Shown here piece after piece: positions 52,662-61,839 of a stretch of DNA of 64,000 bases; the stretch's first letter is position 1; each line of letters starts with the position of its first letter. A program made the position numbers and the translations under genes. A model generated the notes under the pieces. The model ran no database searches and was not told where the DNA came from. It saw nothing but the letters and a program-made list of their open reading frames with translations. Origin of the DNA: Clostridia bacterium (GTDB taxonomy: Bacteria; Bacillota; Clostridia; Christensenellales; CAG-1252); the NCBI GenBank assembly GCA_017394805.1, contig JAFPXC010000011.1, positions 20,421 through 84,420 on the forward strand, written 5' to 3'.

Positions 52662-53633
52662 ATGGAAACCATCGTAGGAGACAAGCGATATCTTGCGGAA
52701 GCGGCACGGCTCATTCGGGAGGGCGAGTTGGTCGCCTTTCCCACCGAAACGGTTTACGGCCTCGGCGCGGACGCCTTCAATCAACGGGCGGTCGAGCGCA
52801 TTTTCGTATGCAAAGGCAGACCGCAGGACAATCCCCTCATCGTGCACCTATCCGATTTCGCAGCGCTCCCCTCGGTCGTCAAAACCGTGCCCCCGTTGGC
52901 ACGCGTTCTCTACGACCGATTTTGTCCGGGGCCTTTGACGATGATCATGCCCAAGGGCGACGCCTTACCCTCGGTCGTCACGGCGGGGCTCGGCACCGTG
53001 GGCATACGCTTTCCGTCGCACCCCATCGCGCGCGAACTCATCGCCTTGTCGCGCCCCATCGCCGCCCCGTCGGCCAACGTCAGCAAGCACGTCAGTCCCA
53101 CTACGGCCATGCACGTCTACGACGATTTGGCGGGCAAGATACCCCTCATTCTGGACGGCGGCACCTGCGCGGTGGGCATAGAGAGCACAATCGTAGACCT
53201 AACCCAAGAGGTTCCCACCATTCTCAGACCGGGCGCGGTCACCAAAGAAATGCTCGCCGAGGTCACCTTGGTCGCCACCCATTCGGGCGAAGTCAAAGTG
53301 GCGCTTGCGCCGGGTATGAAGTATATGCACTACTCTCCCCGCTGCGACTGCACCATGTGCGCTCCGTCCGCCATCGCCGAGGTCTATCGCGACGCGCTCC
53401 AAAAGGGCGTCCGCGCCGTCGTGCTGGCACAGCAAAGCACCCTCGACAACCTACCTTTTCCCGTGCAATCCCGCTCTTTGGGCGACAGTCCCACGATGAT
53501 CATGCACGAGTTGTACGCCGCTTTGCGCGAGGCCGAAACGCAATATCAACTGATTATTCTCGAGCAATTCGAGGAGACGGGCGTGCTCTACTCGGTGATG
53601 AATCGCGCCAAAAAATCCGTCAACGTCCGCTGA
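52662..53633 (+). CDS. tsaC: L-threonylcarbamoyladenylate synthase (Sua5/YwlC long form)
   Basis: LVAFPTETVYGLGADA, KGRPQDNPLIVH and SANVS. The 323-aa length implies a C-terminal Sua5 domain. ATG 52662 lies 6 nt after a -10 element, so the mRNA is predicted to be leaderless. Confidence 0.9.
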   Translation: METIVGDKRYLAEAARLIREGELVAFPTETVYGLGADAFNQRAVERIFVCKGRPQDNPLIVHLSDFAALPSVVKTVPPLARVLYDRFCPGPLTMIMPKGDALPSVVTAGLGTVGIRFPSHPIARELIALSRPIAAPSANVSKHVSPTTAMHVYDDLAGKIPLILDGGTCAVGIESTIVDLTQEVPTILRPGAVTKEMLAEVTLVATHSGEVKVALAPGMKYMHYSPRCDCTMCAPSAIAEVYRDALQKGVRAVVLAQQSTLDNLPFPVQSRSLGDSPTMIMHELYAALREAETQYQLIILEQFEETGVLYSVMNRAKKSVNVR

Positions 53634-53674
53634 CTTCTTTCTGTCCGCAACGCATAATCCGTTATTGTTCCATC

Positions 53675-54030
53675 GTCCGCAGGCGGACATCACGCGAAGC
53701 GTGTATATCGTCACAGCCATAGGCTGTGCATATTTTTTATTCGGCGGTGCGAAAAAAAAGCCTCGGCGCCATAGGCACCGAAACTCCCCTTATCAGCACT
53801 TCCCTTGCGGGGAAGATTTTTCAAATACTTTACACGCCGCAAGGCGTACCTCGCATCGGCTTTGCCGACACATCGCCTTTGTCCTCGGCAACTATTTCGC
53901 ATTCGCCGCAGGCGAACCACATCCCGACGAATGCCGGATTTCTCCTGCTCGCGGTTCGAGCAGATTTTCCCCATTCGTCAGAATGGATTTCTCCCAAGGC
54001 GATGCCTTGGATTTCACTTACGCCAAGGCG
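53675..54030 (+). repeat. Mosaic hairpin array C
   Basis: At least 12 short hairpins are present. Examples are GTCCG-CAGG-CGGAC (53675-53688), CACGC-GAA-GCGTG (53691-53703), CACAGCC-ATA-GGCTGTG (53712-53728), ACGCC-GCAA-GGCGT (53834-53847) and TTCGCC-GCA-GGCGAA (53902-53916). The last four units are ATTTCTC (53938), ATTTTCC (53964), ATTTCTC (53987) and ATTTCAC (54011). Each is followed by a hairpin, including CCAAGGC-GAT-GCCTTGG. Confidence 0.8.
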
Positions 54031-54034
54031 CGCC

Positions 54035-54922
54035 CTACGCGACTTCCAACCCCAACGCTTTACGCAATTTGCCGCGAATTTCGACCAAAATGGCGGATAC
54101 GCGTTGACGGCTGACGCCCACTTGATAGGCGATCTCGGTGATGGTCATGCGGTCGGCGTCGCCCAAACCGACGTAATGCTCGAGAATGTAGCGTTCGCGG
54201 TCGGACAACAGGTCGCTCTCGATGGCCTCGTAGATGAGGCGCAGGGTCTCTTCGTCCGCGACGATATCCTCGGGATTGGCGTCTTCGTCGGACACCGAGT
54301 CGCCGAAGGTCTCCCCGTCAGGCTCTTCGGCGTTGACGGGCTTGTCCAAAGACGCGGACACGTTGCCGAGCGCCAAGAGGTTGCGCACCTTGTCTTGCGC
54401 TTTTTCCTTTTTGTAGGGGGGCATAGAGGGGTAGTCGCGCTTGCTGAACTTTTGATAGAAGCGTTTGGTCGTTTCCTCGAGCGCTTCCCACTCGCTCATG
54501 CCGTCGGCGATCAACGAACGATAGGCCAAACGAACGAAGGTGGATTGACGACGCACGTTGATTTTGACGGCCATACCGTCCTTCATACCGTCCAATTTTT
54601 TGGTCAGGTGGCGCAGAACGATGACGCGCGCATAGGTGCGGAAAGAAGCGTGACTGAGATTGTCCACGTCGTACTTCTCCAAGATTTTGGTCAAGTAGAA
54701 GGCACCCTCCTGCACCAAGTCCAAGATCATGGGACACAGGCCGAACACCGAACGCACCGTGGACGCCAACCAACACAGTTGTGCGGACAAGAATGCGTCG
54801 CGAGCCGCCATGTCGCCGCTTCGTTTGTATTCGCGAAGCAACGCGTTCTGTTCTTCCGCCGACCGCATATAGCGGTAGCAAGATTTGTAATAACTCTTAT
54901 AGTCATCCCAATCGTTTTTCAT
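54035..54922 (-). CDS. Sigma-70-family RNA polymerase sigma factor (295 aa)
   Basis: Region 2-like DLVQEGAFYL...FRTYARVIVLRHL and region 4.2 ITEIAYQVGVSRQRVSAILVEIRGKL. Confidence 0.82.
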   Translation of the reverse strand: MKNDWDDYKSYYKSCYRYMRSAEEQNALLREYKRSGDMAARDAFLSAQLCWLASTVRSVFGLCPMILDLVQEGAFYLTKILEKYDVDNLSHASFRTYARVIVLRHLTKKLDGMKDGMAVKINVRRQSTFVRLAYRSLIADGMSEWEALEETTKRFYQKFSKRDYPSMPPYKKEKAQDKVRNLLALGNVSASLDKPVNAEEPDGETFGDSVSDEDANPEDIVADEETLRLIYEAIESDLLSDRERYILEHYVGLGDADRMTITEIAYQVGVSRQRVSAILVEIRGKLRKALGLEVA

Positions 54923-55244
54923 AGCATAGTTCCCCTTTATCTGATTTTTTAATTATAAACGATTATAAACGAGTGATTAATCTGCCTATAATCCCCCTTA
55001 TACATATAATAAGATAAATCCGCACCGTTGTCAAGAACTTTTTAGTTAAAAAGCAAATTTTTCTGCAATCCTGCGCAATTATTGTTGTTTTTACCATTCA
55101 AAATGTAAACACACAACAGCCGATTTGTCAACGGTGCGTACTTGATAGAGTGCCGAAGAAGGAATCGACGAGACGCCCCCTTTCGTCCCGCCTACAAAAA
55201 TGCCCTCGCCTGCGGGGGCGAGGGCAATCGAATTTTCGATTGGC

Positions 55245-56129
55245 CTATCCCCTGCCGAGCATATACGCCCGCACTTTTTCGAGGGCGTTATTCAAGATGG
55301 TATTGACGCGCTGTCTGGACACGCCCAGCACCTCGCCGATCTCCACCGCGCTCAATTTGGTATTGCCGAACAAGCCGTGGTAGCGAATCAGCGCAAAGCG
55401 CATCCTCTCGGGCAAAGCGTACACCGCTTCGCGCAGCAAATCCATCGTCTCCTGCTCGACGGCTTCCTGCTCGGGCCCGGGGCGCGTATCCGACACCTGG
55501 TCCATCAAGGTAAAGTCGTCCTCGCCGTCGCCCAAGGGCGCGTCCAACGAAAGGTCGCTTCTCGATAGCGACAGCAAGCCGACCACGCAGTCCATGGCCG
55601 CGGCTTTGGACGTCTCGTCCAACCTGTCGTAGTCCGCCTCGCGCTCCTCGCGCACGAAATACTTGGTCGTCTCCTCGAGGGCCTGCCGATGGCTCATACC
55701 GTCCGCCTCGCACGCGCACATCATCTTGTTGAGCCGCCGACTGACTTTCAGCGAGTTGGGCGCCACTCTCAGGCTGTGCACGTACCCCATGCGGTTGGTG
55801 TCCGCCTGTTTGAGGATATACGGCTCGGCATACGAGCGGAATTTGGCTTTGGCGGGATCGTAGGTCTCCACCAAAGACAACAGCTGCATATTGGCGTCCT
55901 GGATCAATTCCATCAAATAGCCACTGCTACGGTAATGATTGAAAAGGGTTTGCGCCACCCACAAAAGTTGCGCCTCGATAAACGCGTCGCGCGCGTCCAT
56001 ATCGCCCTCTTCGCGGTATGCGAAGAGAAGCGTCATCTGCTCCTCGTGCGAGCGACGGTACTGCGCGCACTTTTGCGTATAGGCATTGTAATCGGTGTAT
56101 CCTTCGAACATAACTTTCTCCTTTTGCAT
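55245..56129 (-). CDS. Sigma-70-family RNA polymerase sigma factor (294 aa), paralog of the 54035-54922 gene
   Basis: ELIQDANMQL...FRSYAEPYILKQ and region 4.2 AVEIGEVLGVSRQRVNTILNNALEKV. It shares the N-terminal pattern Y..C..YRRS.EEQ..LL..Y...GDM.ARDAF..AQL.W with its neighbour. Confidence 0.82.
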   Translation of the reverse strand: MQKEKVMFEGYTDYNAYTQKCAQYRRSHEEQMTLLFAYREEGDMDARDAFIEAQLLWVAQTLFNHYRSSGYLMELIQDANMQLLSLVETYDPAKAKFRSYAEPYILKQADTNRMGYVHSLRVAPNSLKVSRRLNKMMCACEADGMSHRQALEETTKYFVREEREADYDRLDETSKAAAMDCVVGLLSLSRSDLSLDAPLGDGEDDFTLMDQVSDTRPGPEQEAVEQETMDLLREAVYALPERMRFALIRYHGLFGNTKLSAVEIGEVLGVSRQRVNTILNNALEKVRAYMLGRG

Positions 56130-56539
56130 CTTAGCACGGCGCGTCCTTTTTTGTCAACGGTTGCTTTGCCGAAACAAAAAGAAGCCCATCCCAATGGTTG
56201 AACCGTGAATTGTCGTTGCGTGCTGCCCGAAAGAACGGGCAATATGTGTGGATCTCCTATGTCCGAGCTAACTTGCCGTCCCCCATACCATACCTAAAAC
56301 AAGACAACAAAGAAGCGTCGTGAACTTTTACCGCCGCGCCCCGAGACGTCAAGCGCCCTTGGAATACGACACGTCGCGCGGTCGATTATGACGTGCTCTA
56401 TTATCTTATACCACTTTTTGCGAAAAAGCAATAGGGAATTAAAAAATTTTTTATCTTTTTTTCGACTTTTTTCGCCCGCACGAAAAACGGCTCTTTCTTT
56501 TGCCGAAAGAGCCGTCTATCTCTATTGGACCGCGAGAGA

Positions 56540-58219
56540 TTACAGCACCTCGAACGCCACCGCCTCGTAGGGCTTCAGCACGCAGTCTTCCAATTTGATA
56601 TCGTCCTTGTAGTTGTGGAACAGCACCTTGGTCTCTTTGCCCCGCAATTCTTGGGGCACCTTGAACTTGGCCGCTTTGTCCGTGTAGCTGGCCACCACCA
56701 CGTACTTCTTGCCGTCGTAGGCGCGCTCGTAGCACCACACGTTCTTATCCTTGGGCAAGTAGCACTTGTAGTCGCCCTCGCGAATGACCTCGTTGCCCTT
56801 GCGGAAGTTGTTGATGGCTTGGTAGAAATACCATATACTGTCCTTATCCGCCAAGGCCTCTTCCACGTTGATCTCGGTATAGTTGGGGTTGACCATCTGC
56901 CAAGGCGTGCCCGTGGTGAAGCCCGCGTTGGCCTCGGCCGACCATTGCATGGGCGCACGCGCGTGATCGCGCGCTTTCTTGTTCATCGCCCAACGCACGA
57001 TGGGTTTGAGGGGCGGAAATTTCTTGGCGATATCGTAGATTTGAATGCTCACCACGTCGCGGTAGTCCTCGGGCTTCAAGTCCGCGTAGTTGGTCATACC
57101 GATCTCCTGCCCTTGGTAGATATAGGGCGTGCCGCGCATAAAGTTCATGCTGATGGCCAGCATCTTGGCGACCTCTTTGCGATACTCCAACTTGCCGTAT
57201 CGCGGCAGCGAACGCGAATAGTCGTGATTTTCGATATACAGCGAGTTCCAGCAGGTCTTGGGCAACCCTTGCCACGACGAGAATATCTCCTTCCACTTGA
57301 CGAGGTTGAACTTTTTGGGCACCGTAGTCAGGAAACTGTCCACCTGCGTCTGGTGCTCGAAGGTGAACACGCAGTCCAACTCTTCCTTGCTCTCGTCCAC
57401 CGCGTCGAAGGCGTTGTCCACCGTGATACCCTGCGCCTCGCCCACGATCATCGTGTCGTAGCGGGACCAAGCGCGTTGATTGAGCTCGTGGATATAGCGG
57501 TGATAGTTGGGGCCGATGACGAAATACTCGTCGCCGCACACGGCGGGATTCCACTTGCCGTTGGGGAAGCGGGGATCCTTGCTGATATAGGTGATGACGT
57601 CACAGCGGAAGCCGTCCACGCCCTTCTCGAACCAATAGTTGCATATATCCGCGACCTCTTGGCGCACCTTGGGGTTGTCCCAATTCAGGTCGGGTTGCTT
57701 CTTGTGGAAGAGGTGCAAATAGAATTCGCCCGTCTTCTCGTCGTACTCCCACGCAGAGCCGGTGAAGCGCGAAGTCCAGTTGTTGGGGGGCTTTTTGCCG
57801 TCCTTGCCGCGCCCTTTCTTCCATATATAATAGTCGCGATAGGGATTGTCCTTGCTGCTGCGGCTCTCCTTGAACCAGGGATGCTCGTCGCTCGTATGAT
57901 TGACCACGAGGTCCATCACCAGACGAATGCCCCTTTGGTGCATACCCTCTATCATCTCCTCCCAGTCGGCCAGAGTGCCGAATTCGTCCATAATGTCGCG
58001 ATAGTTGGAAATGTCGTACCCGTTGTCGGCGTTGGGGGACTTGTAGCAGGGGGACAGCCACACGGCCGTCACGCCCAAGTCCTTGAGGTAGTCCAGCTTG
58101 GAGATAATGCCGCGGATATCGCCCACGCCGTCCCCGTTGCTGTCGCAAAAACTACGCGGATAGATCTGATACATCACCGCGTCTTTGTACCAACGTGTTT
58201 TGGGAGAATTGTTTGCCAT
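56540..58219 (-). CDS. GH13 alpha-glucosidase / oligo-1,6-glucosidase
   Basis: WYKDAVMYQIYPRSF, GDGVGDIRGI, DLVVNHTS, GFRCDV, VGEA and ENHD are the GH13 conserved regions I-IV. Confidence 0.92.
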   Translation of the reverse strand: MANNSPKTRWYKDAVMYQIYPRSFCDSNGDGVGDIRGIISKLDYLKDLGVTAVWLSPCYKSPNADNGYDISNYRDIMDEFGTLADWEEMIEGMHQRGIRLVMDLVVNHTSDEHPWFKESRSSKDNPYRDYYIWKKGRGKDGKKPPNNWTSRFTGSAWEYDEKTGEFYLHLFHKKQPDLNWDNPKVRQEVADICNYWFEKGVDGFRCDVITYISKDPRFPNGKWNPAVCGDEYFVIGPNYHRYIHELNQRAWSRYDTMIVGEAQGITVDNAFDAVDESKEELDCVFTFEHQTQVDSFLTTVPKKFNLVKWKEIFSSWQGLPKTCWNSLYIENHDYSRSLPRYGKLEYRKEVAKMLAISMNFMRGTPYIYQGQEIGMTNYADLKPEDYRDVVSIQIYDIAKKFPPLKPIVRWAMNKKARDHARAPMQWSAEANAGFTTGTPWQMVNPNYTEINVEEALADKDSIWYFYQAINNFRKGNEVIREGDYKCYLPKDKNVWCYERAYDGKKYVVVASYTDKAAKFKVPQELRGKETKVLFHNYKDDIKLEDCVLKPYEAVAFEVL

Positions 58220-58402
58220 ATTACCCTCCTTAGTAAGCGTATATACTTAATTTTATACTAACGCGCGCCCATTTGCAATACCCTTACGGATTTTTCTTTT
58301 TGGAAAATGCAAGAAAAAAGCGCCGCCGCACGGCGCGCCTTTCGGCTATACGACTTTTCTCCGTCCGTCGTTCACACGGACGAAACCTTGCGATGCCGCT
58401 TC

Positions 58403-58822
58403 TCAAAAGGTTATGCGGTTGATGCCCAAAGCGACGTCGCGCTTTCTGTCGACCGCGCCCTCGACGACCTCGACGAATATCTCGGCGGTCAGGCTGACCG
58501 TCCCCTCGAATAGGTGACCGCCCACCACCATACCGCTCGCGCCCGTCGCCGTGATATGCAGATGCAGGTAGGGCTTGCCGTCCTTTTGGGTGAGATTGCC
58601 TACGAGGGCGTTGATCTCGTGATTACCCCTGTAGCGGTAGCGGTCGTAATCGCCCGCCGTGAGGTCAAAGACGCCCACCTCGAAGTCGTCCGTCGCGCCG
58701 ATACCCGACACCGCGGCCAACGCCACGTTCTCCTCTTCGGCCAACGCCAGCAAACTCTCCGCTATTTTGTCACCCTTATCCAACCGAACGACGATTTCCT
58801 TCCCATATCGCTTATACTCCAT
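58403..58822 (-). CDS. PPC-domain (DUF296) protein
   Basis: 139 aa. The ...GIGATDDFEVGVFD...HLHITA...GGHL pattern matches the remembered DUF296. Confidence 0.7.
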   Translation of the reverse strand: MEYKRYGKEIVVRLDKGDKIAESLLALAEEENVALAAVSGIGATDDFEVGVFDLTAGDYDRYRYRGNHEINALVGNLTQKDGKPYLHLHITATGASGMVVGGHLFEGTVSLTAEIFVEVVEGAVDRKRDVALGINRITF

Positions 58823-58860
58823 ACTCCTCTCCTTGTTTTTATAGGTTTCACATCTATAAA

Positions 58861-58963
58861 TTCCACAACTCGCCGTAGGCGAACTTCACTCAAGGCCTTG
58901 CCTTGAACTTCACTGCGAATGCTACTTCACTTTCGCATAGCGAAAACTTCACCGCACTTGTGC
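58861..58963 (+). repeat. Mosaic hairpin array B
   Basis: ACTTCAC occurs at 58883, 58907, 58924 and 58946. The hairpins are TCGCC-GTA-GGCGA (58870-58882), TCAAGGC-CTT-GCCTTGA (58890-58906, the same stem as array A at 25266-25282) and TTTCGC-ATA-GCGAAA (58931-58945). Confidence 0.85.
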
Positions 58964-59673
58964 TATTTCCCGAACGCCAGCAAAAACGCCACCGCCTTGA
59001 CGACGCGTGCCTCGGGCTCGTGGAAATGATTGCCCTCGTTCCGCTCGAACGCCACCCGTTGCCCCCGCGTGGAAAGGCGCACGTATATGCGCCCCGTGTA
59101 CGGCTCGACGGTGTTCAGCACGTCGTCCTTAACTTGCCCTTCCTTGTCGCCCAAGGACATATAGATACATTGCGGCCTATTGACGGCGGTATGCTCGGAC
59201 ACGTAGTCCACGAAGCCCCAATACCACAGCGAGCCGGACACGGACGCGATGCGGTCGAAGACGTCGGTGCGATAGAGGGTATACAGCGCGAATAACCCCG
59301 CCATGGAGTAGCCGACCAACCCCCGCCACAGGGGCTTGAAATCGAGCATTCTCTCGACTTTGGCCATAATGCGCTCCAATACGGGCAAATACGCGTCCGC
59401 ACCGCCCGCAAAAGGCTCTCCGCGTTTGGTCAACGACGGCCCCGCCCACGGCGACATATCCCCGTGCCAATCGGGCACGGCTATCTCCGCCAGCACGAAA
59501 GGCGGCAGTCCTTTCTCGCGGCAGGATTCCCATATCGCGCGCCCCTCGTCGGCGATGGTGTGCATATACACCACGGGCAAGGGAGTTTTGGCGTTGAGGT
59601 TGCCGTACACCCGTACCTCGTGCCCCTCGAGGGCGAAATTGATGCACCATTTGTTCGCGAAATAGTCTTCCAT
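58963..59673 (-). CDS. Alpha/beta hydrolase (putative esterase family)
   Basis: 236 aa with GYSMAGLFAL (GxSxG nucleophile elbow). Confidence 0.72.
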   Translation of the reverse strand: MEDYFANKWCINFALEGHEVRVYGNLNAKTPLPVVYMHTIADEGRAIWESCREKGLPPFVLAEIAVPDWHGDMSPWAGPSLTKRGEPFAGGADAYLPVLERIMAKVERMLDFKPLWRGLVGYSMAGLFALYTLYRTDVFDRIASVSGSLWYWGFVDYVSEHTAVNRPQCIYMSLGDKEGQVKDDVLNTVEPYTGRIYVRLSTRGQRVAFERNEGNHFHEPEARVVKAVAFLLAFGK

Positions 59674-59677
59674 AGCG

Positions 59678-61657
59678 CTATTCCAGATAGAACGTGCATG
59701 TCGCCACCTTCTTGCGCGTGAGCCGCAGGCGCTTGCCCCCGTCCATCACGTAGACGTACCCTTCGGCGTATCGACAATGTGCGCAGTCGCCGCCTACGAG
59801 GCATTTCATCGGACAATGGCGCAAGGTCATATAGGGCATTTCGCCCGCCGCAAGAGGCAACCCCAAGGCGTTGGCCGCGTGCGCGTTGTACGCGTTGAGC
59901 CCCGCGCCGACCAACATATCCCGCCCCGCGCCCAAGGTGAGGGCGTAGTAGTTATTCGCCAAAACGCCCACGCCACCGGCCGCGATCATCTCTTTCAAGA
60001 GGTCGACGTCCTCTTTGGTGGCGAAGTTGGGCAACGCCAGATAGGGCACTGCCCCTTTCTCGCGGCACGCTTGAGCGAAAGCCTTCACATCCTCTTTGCG
60101 GTAGTCGGCCGGATCGTAGACCACCCTATCCCCTTCGGGGATATACTCGGGGCTTGCGGTCACCGCATACGGCGCGTACGACGGGAACGCCATGGGCTCG
60201 ACCGTCCAATGCGCCAAGCGGCGCTTGTAGGGTGCTAATCGTATCGCTTTTATCTCGGCGAACACCCCACGGCGAAACTCGTTAAGTTGCTTCTTGGGCA
60301 AAAACACGGCTTCCAAGGCGTCGAACGACACCTTCGCCTCGAACAAATCGCTCTTTGCGAAATTGTCCGCGAAGTCGCGCTCCGCGAGGGGTTGATTTAC
60401 AGCCGCTTGCGCCACGGGCCCCTCGAACGCGTAGTCTTTGCCGTCCACCGCGAATTTGGCATGGAGCGGCTCCCCAGCACGCACGCACAAGGCGATATCC
60501 ACCACGTCGCGCCGCCTGCCGTTCAGCACGGCTTTTTCGGCTTCCGCGTCCGTAATGAGGCGCACCGTCGCGCCCACGGACACCTTGGCGGTGGTAGTCA
60601 GGCGATAGACGCCCCCCTCTTGTTTGAGGTCGAAGGCGGACACCGTGCATTCCTCTTGCCCGTCCACGAAAAACTTGAGAGCCGAGCGCGGCGTGATGGG
60701 CCTGTCCGCGCGGAAATACACCTCGTCGAACCGCTTGCCGTGGTTGACCTCGACGACCTCGCCCACCGCTACGCCGATATGGCTCTGATAGGGCGAAATA
60801 ATCTCCCCGTTGCCATCGAAATAGCCCGCCGTATACAGGCGATTGAAGGCCAAGGCCAGCCGTTCGCGGTCGGGCGTTTGCCCGTCCAACGCCTTGCGGT
60901 ATTCGGCCGTGGTCATACCCACGTAGGACGGCCGCCTGGCGCGCCCCTCTATTTTGAGTACGTCCACGCCGGCCGCCGCGAGGTCCAACAGGCGATCTAT
61001 CATACAAAAATCCTTGGCGGACAACAGATACCCACGTTTCAGCACCTTGCCGTCCTTTTCCAAAGCGTAGGGCAAGCGGCACAACTGCTTGCACCGTCCG
61101 CGGTTGCCCGAAGCGTCGCATACGCGCTCGGAGAGGTAGCAGTTGCCCGAGAAACACACGCACAACGCGCCCTGCGCGAAATATTCTATTTCGACCGAGG
61201 CGTTGTCCTTGATACGGCGTATCTCGGATAGGGGTGTTTCGCGCGCCAGCACCACCCGACGGAAGCCGAAGGGCAACACCGCCTCCACTCCCTCGAGATT
61301 GTGAATGCCCATCTGCGTGGAAGCGTGCAACACCACTTCGGGCGCGCGCTTATGCACCTCGGCCGCCAAGCCGAGATCCTGCACGATAAAGGCGTCCACG
61401 CCCATATCGTAGGCGTCCACCAACAGGTCGACCGCCTCTTGCAACTCCTCGTCACGCAGCAAAATATTGAGGGTCAGGCACACCTTTACCCCGAACGTGT
61501 GGGCGTAATCGACGGCCTCCTCCAAGGTCTCCAACGTAAAGCCCTCTATATTGTTGCGCGCGTTGAAGCCGCCCACGCCGAGATACACCTCGTCCGCGCC
61601 GAAGGCGACCGCCGCGTACAAACTATCCATATTTCCCACGGGTGACAACAGTTTCAT
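59678..61657 (-). CDS. U32-family peptidase
   Basis: The N-terminus MKLLSPVGNMDSLYAAVAFGADEVYLG and the ExxR...C-rich core are typical of U32. I moved the start to ATG 61657. The 45 upstream codons of the track ORF have no support. Confidence 0.85.
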   Translation of the reverse strand: MKLLSPVGNMDSLYAAVAFGADEVYLGVGGFNARNNIEGFTLETLEEAVDYAHTFGVKVCLTLNILLRDEELQEAVDLLVDAYDMGVDAFIVQDLGLAAEVHKRAPEVVLHASTQMGIHNLEGVEAVLPFGFRRVVLARETPLSEIRRIKDNASVEIEYFAQGALCVCFSGNCYLSERVCDASGNRGRCKQLCRLPYALEKDGKVLKRGYLLSAKDFCMIDRLLDLAAAGVDVLKIEGRARRPSYVGMTTAEYRKALDGQTPDRERLALAFNRLYTAGYFDGNGEIISPYQSHIGVAVGEVVEVNHGKRFDEVYFRADRPITPRSALKFFVDGQEECTVSAFDLKQEGGVYRLTTTAKVSVGATVRLITDAEAEKAVLNGRRRDVVDIALCVRAGEPLHAKFAVDGKDYAFEGPVAQAAVNQPLAERDFADNFAKSDLFEAKVSFDALEAVFLPKKQLNEFRRGVFAEIKAIRLAPYKRRLAHWTVEPMAFPSYAPYAVTASPEYIPEGDRVVYDPADYRKEDVKAFAQACREKGAVPYLALPNFATKEDVDLLKEMIAAGGVGVLANNYYALTLGAGRDMLVGAGLNAYNAHAANALGLPLAAGEMPYMTLRHCPMKCLVGGDCAHCRYAEGYVYVMDGGKRLRLTRKKVATCTFYLE

Positions 61658-61839
61658 ACCCCGATTATACCACGTTCCGCCCGATAATTCAATGCGCAAA
61701 GTAGTATTTGATAGAGAGATATATCGTAAAAAACTATATTGAAATATAATCGGCCTTTCGCCAAGATGCCACGACATGGTTTTATCAAACATTGTACCGT
61801 TCTATTGCAAAAAACGCGCCCATGTGGTATACTGTGAAT

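Noticed and set aside
50767-52677. 636-aa plus-strand ORF
   Set aside because: It is antisense to the 605-aa gene that has the acidic tract. The reverse complement of GAA/GAG/GCC-rich codons gives a stop-free Phe/Leu/Gly/Arg-rich frame. It has no motifs and no RBS.
53945-53963. tRNA-like T-arm (GGTTCGA) in CTGCTCGCGGTTCGAGCAG; a similar GGTTCGG string occurs near 18800
   Set aside because: No acceptor, D or anticodon arms flank either string. The first is simply one hairpin unit of array C. I could find no tRNA or tmRNA gene in the window.
53726-54952. 408-aa plus-strand ORF
   Set aside because: It is antisense to the sigma-factor gene, and its 5' part runs through hairpin array C.
56525-58261. 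578-aa plus-strand ORF
   Set aside because: It is antisense to the GH13 glucosidase, which has all four conserved GH13 regions. Its composition is that of a high-GC shadow ORF.
59678-61792. The 704-aa version of the U32 peptidase, with a start at 61792
   Set aside because: The extra 45 residues are unconserved-looking and overlap the divergent promoter of the 61840 gene. The family-typical N-terminus MKLLSPVGN begins at ATG 61657.
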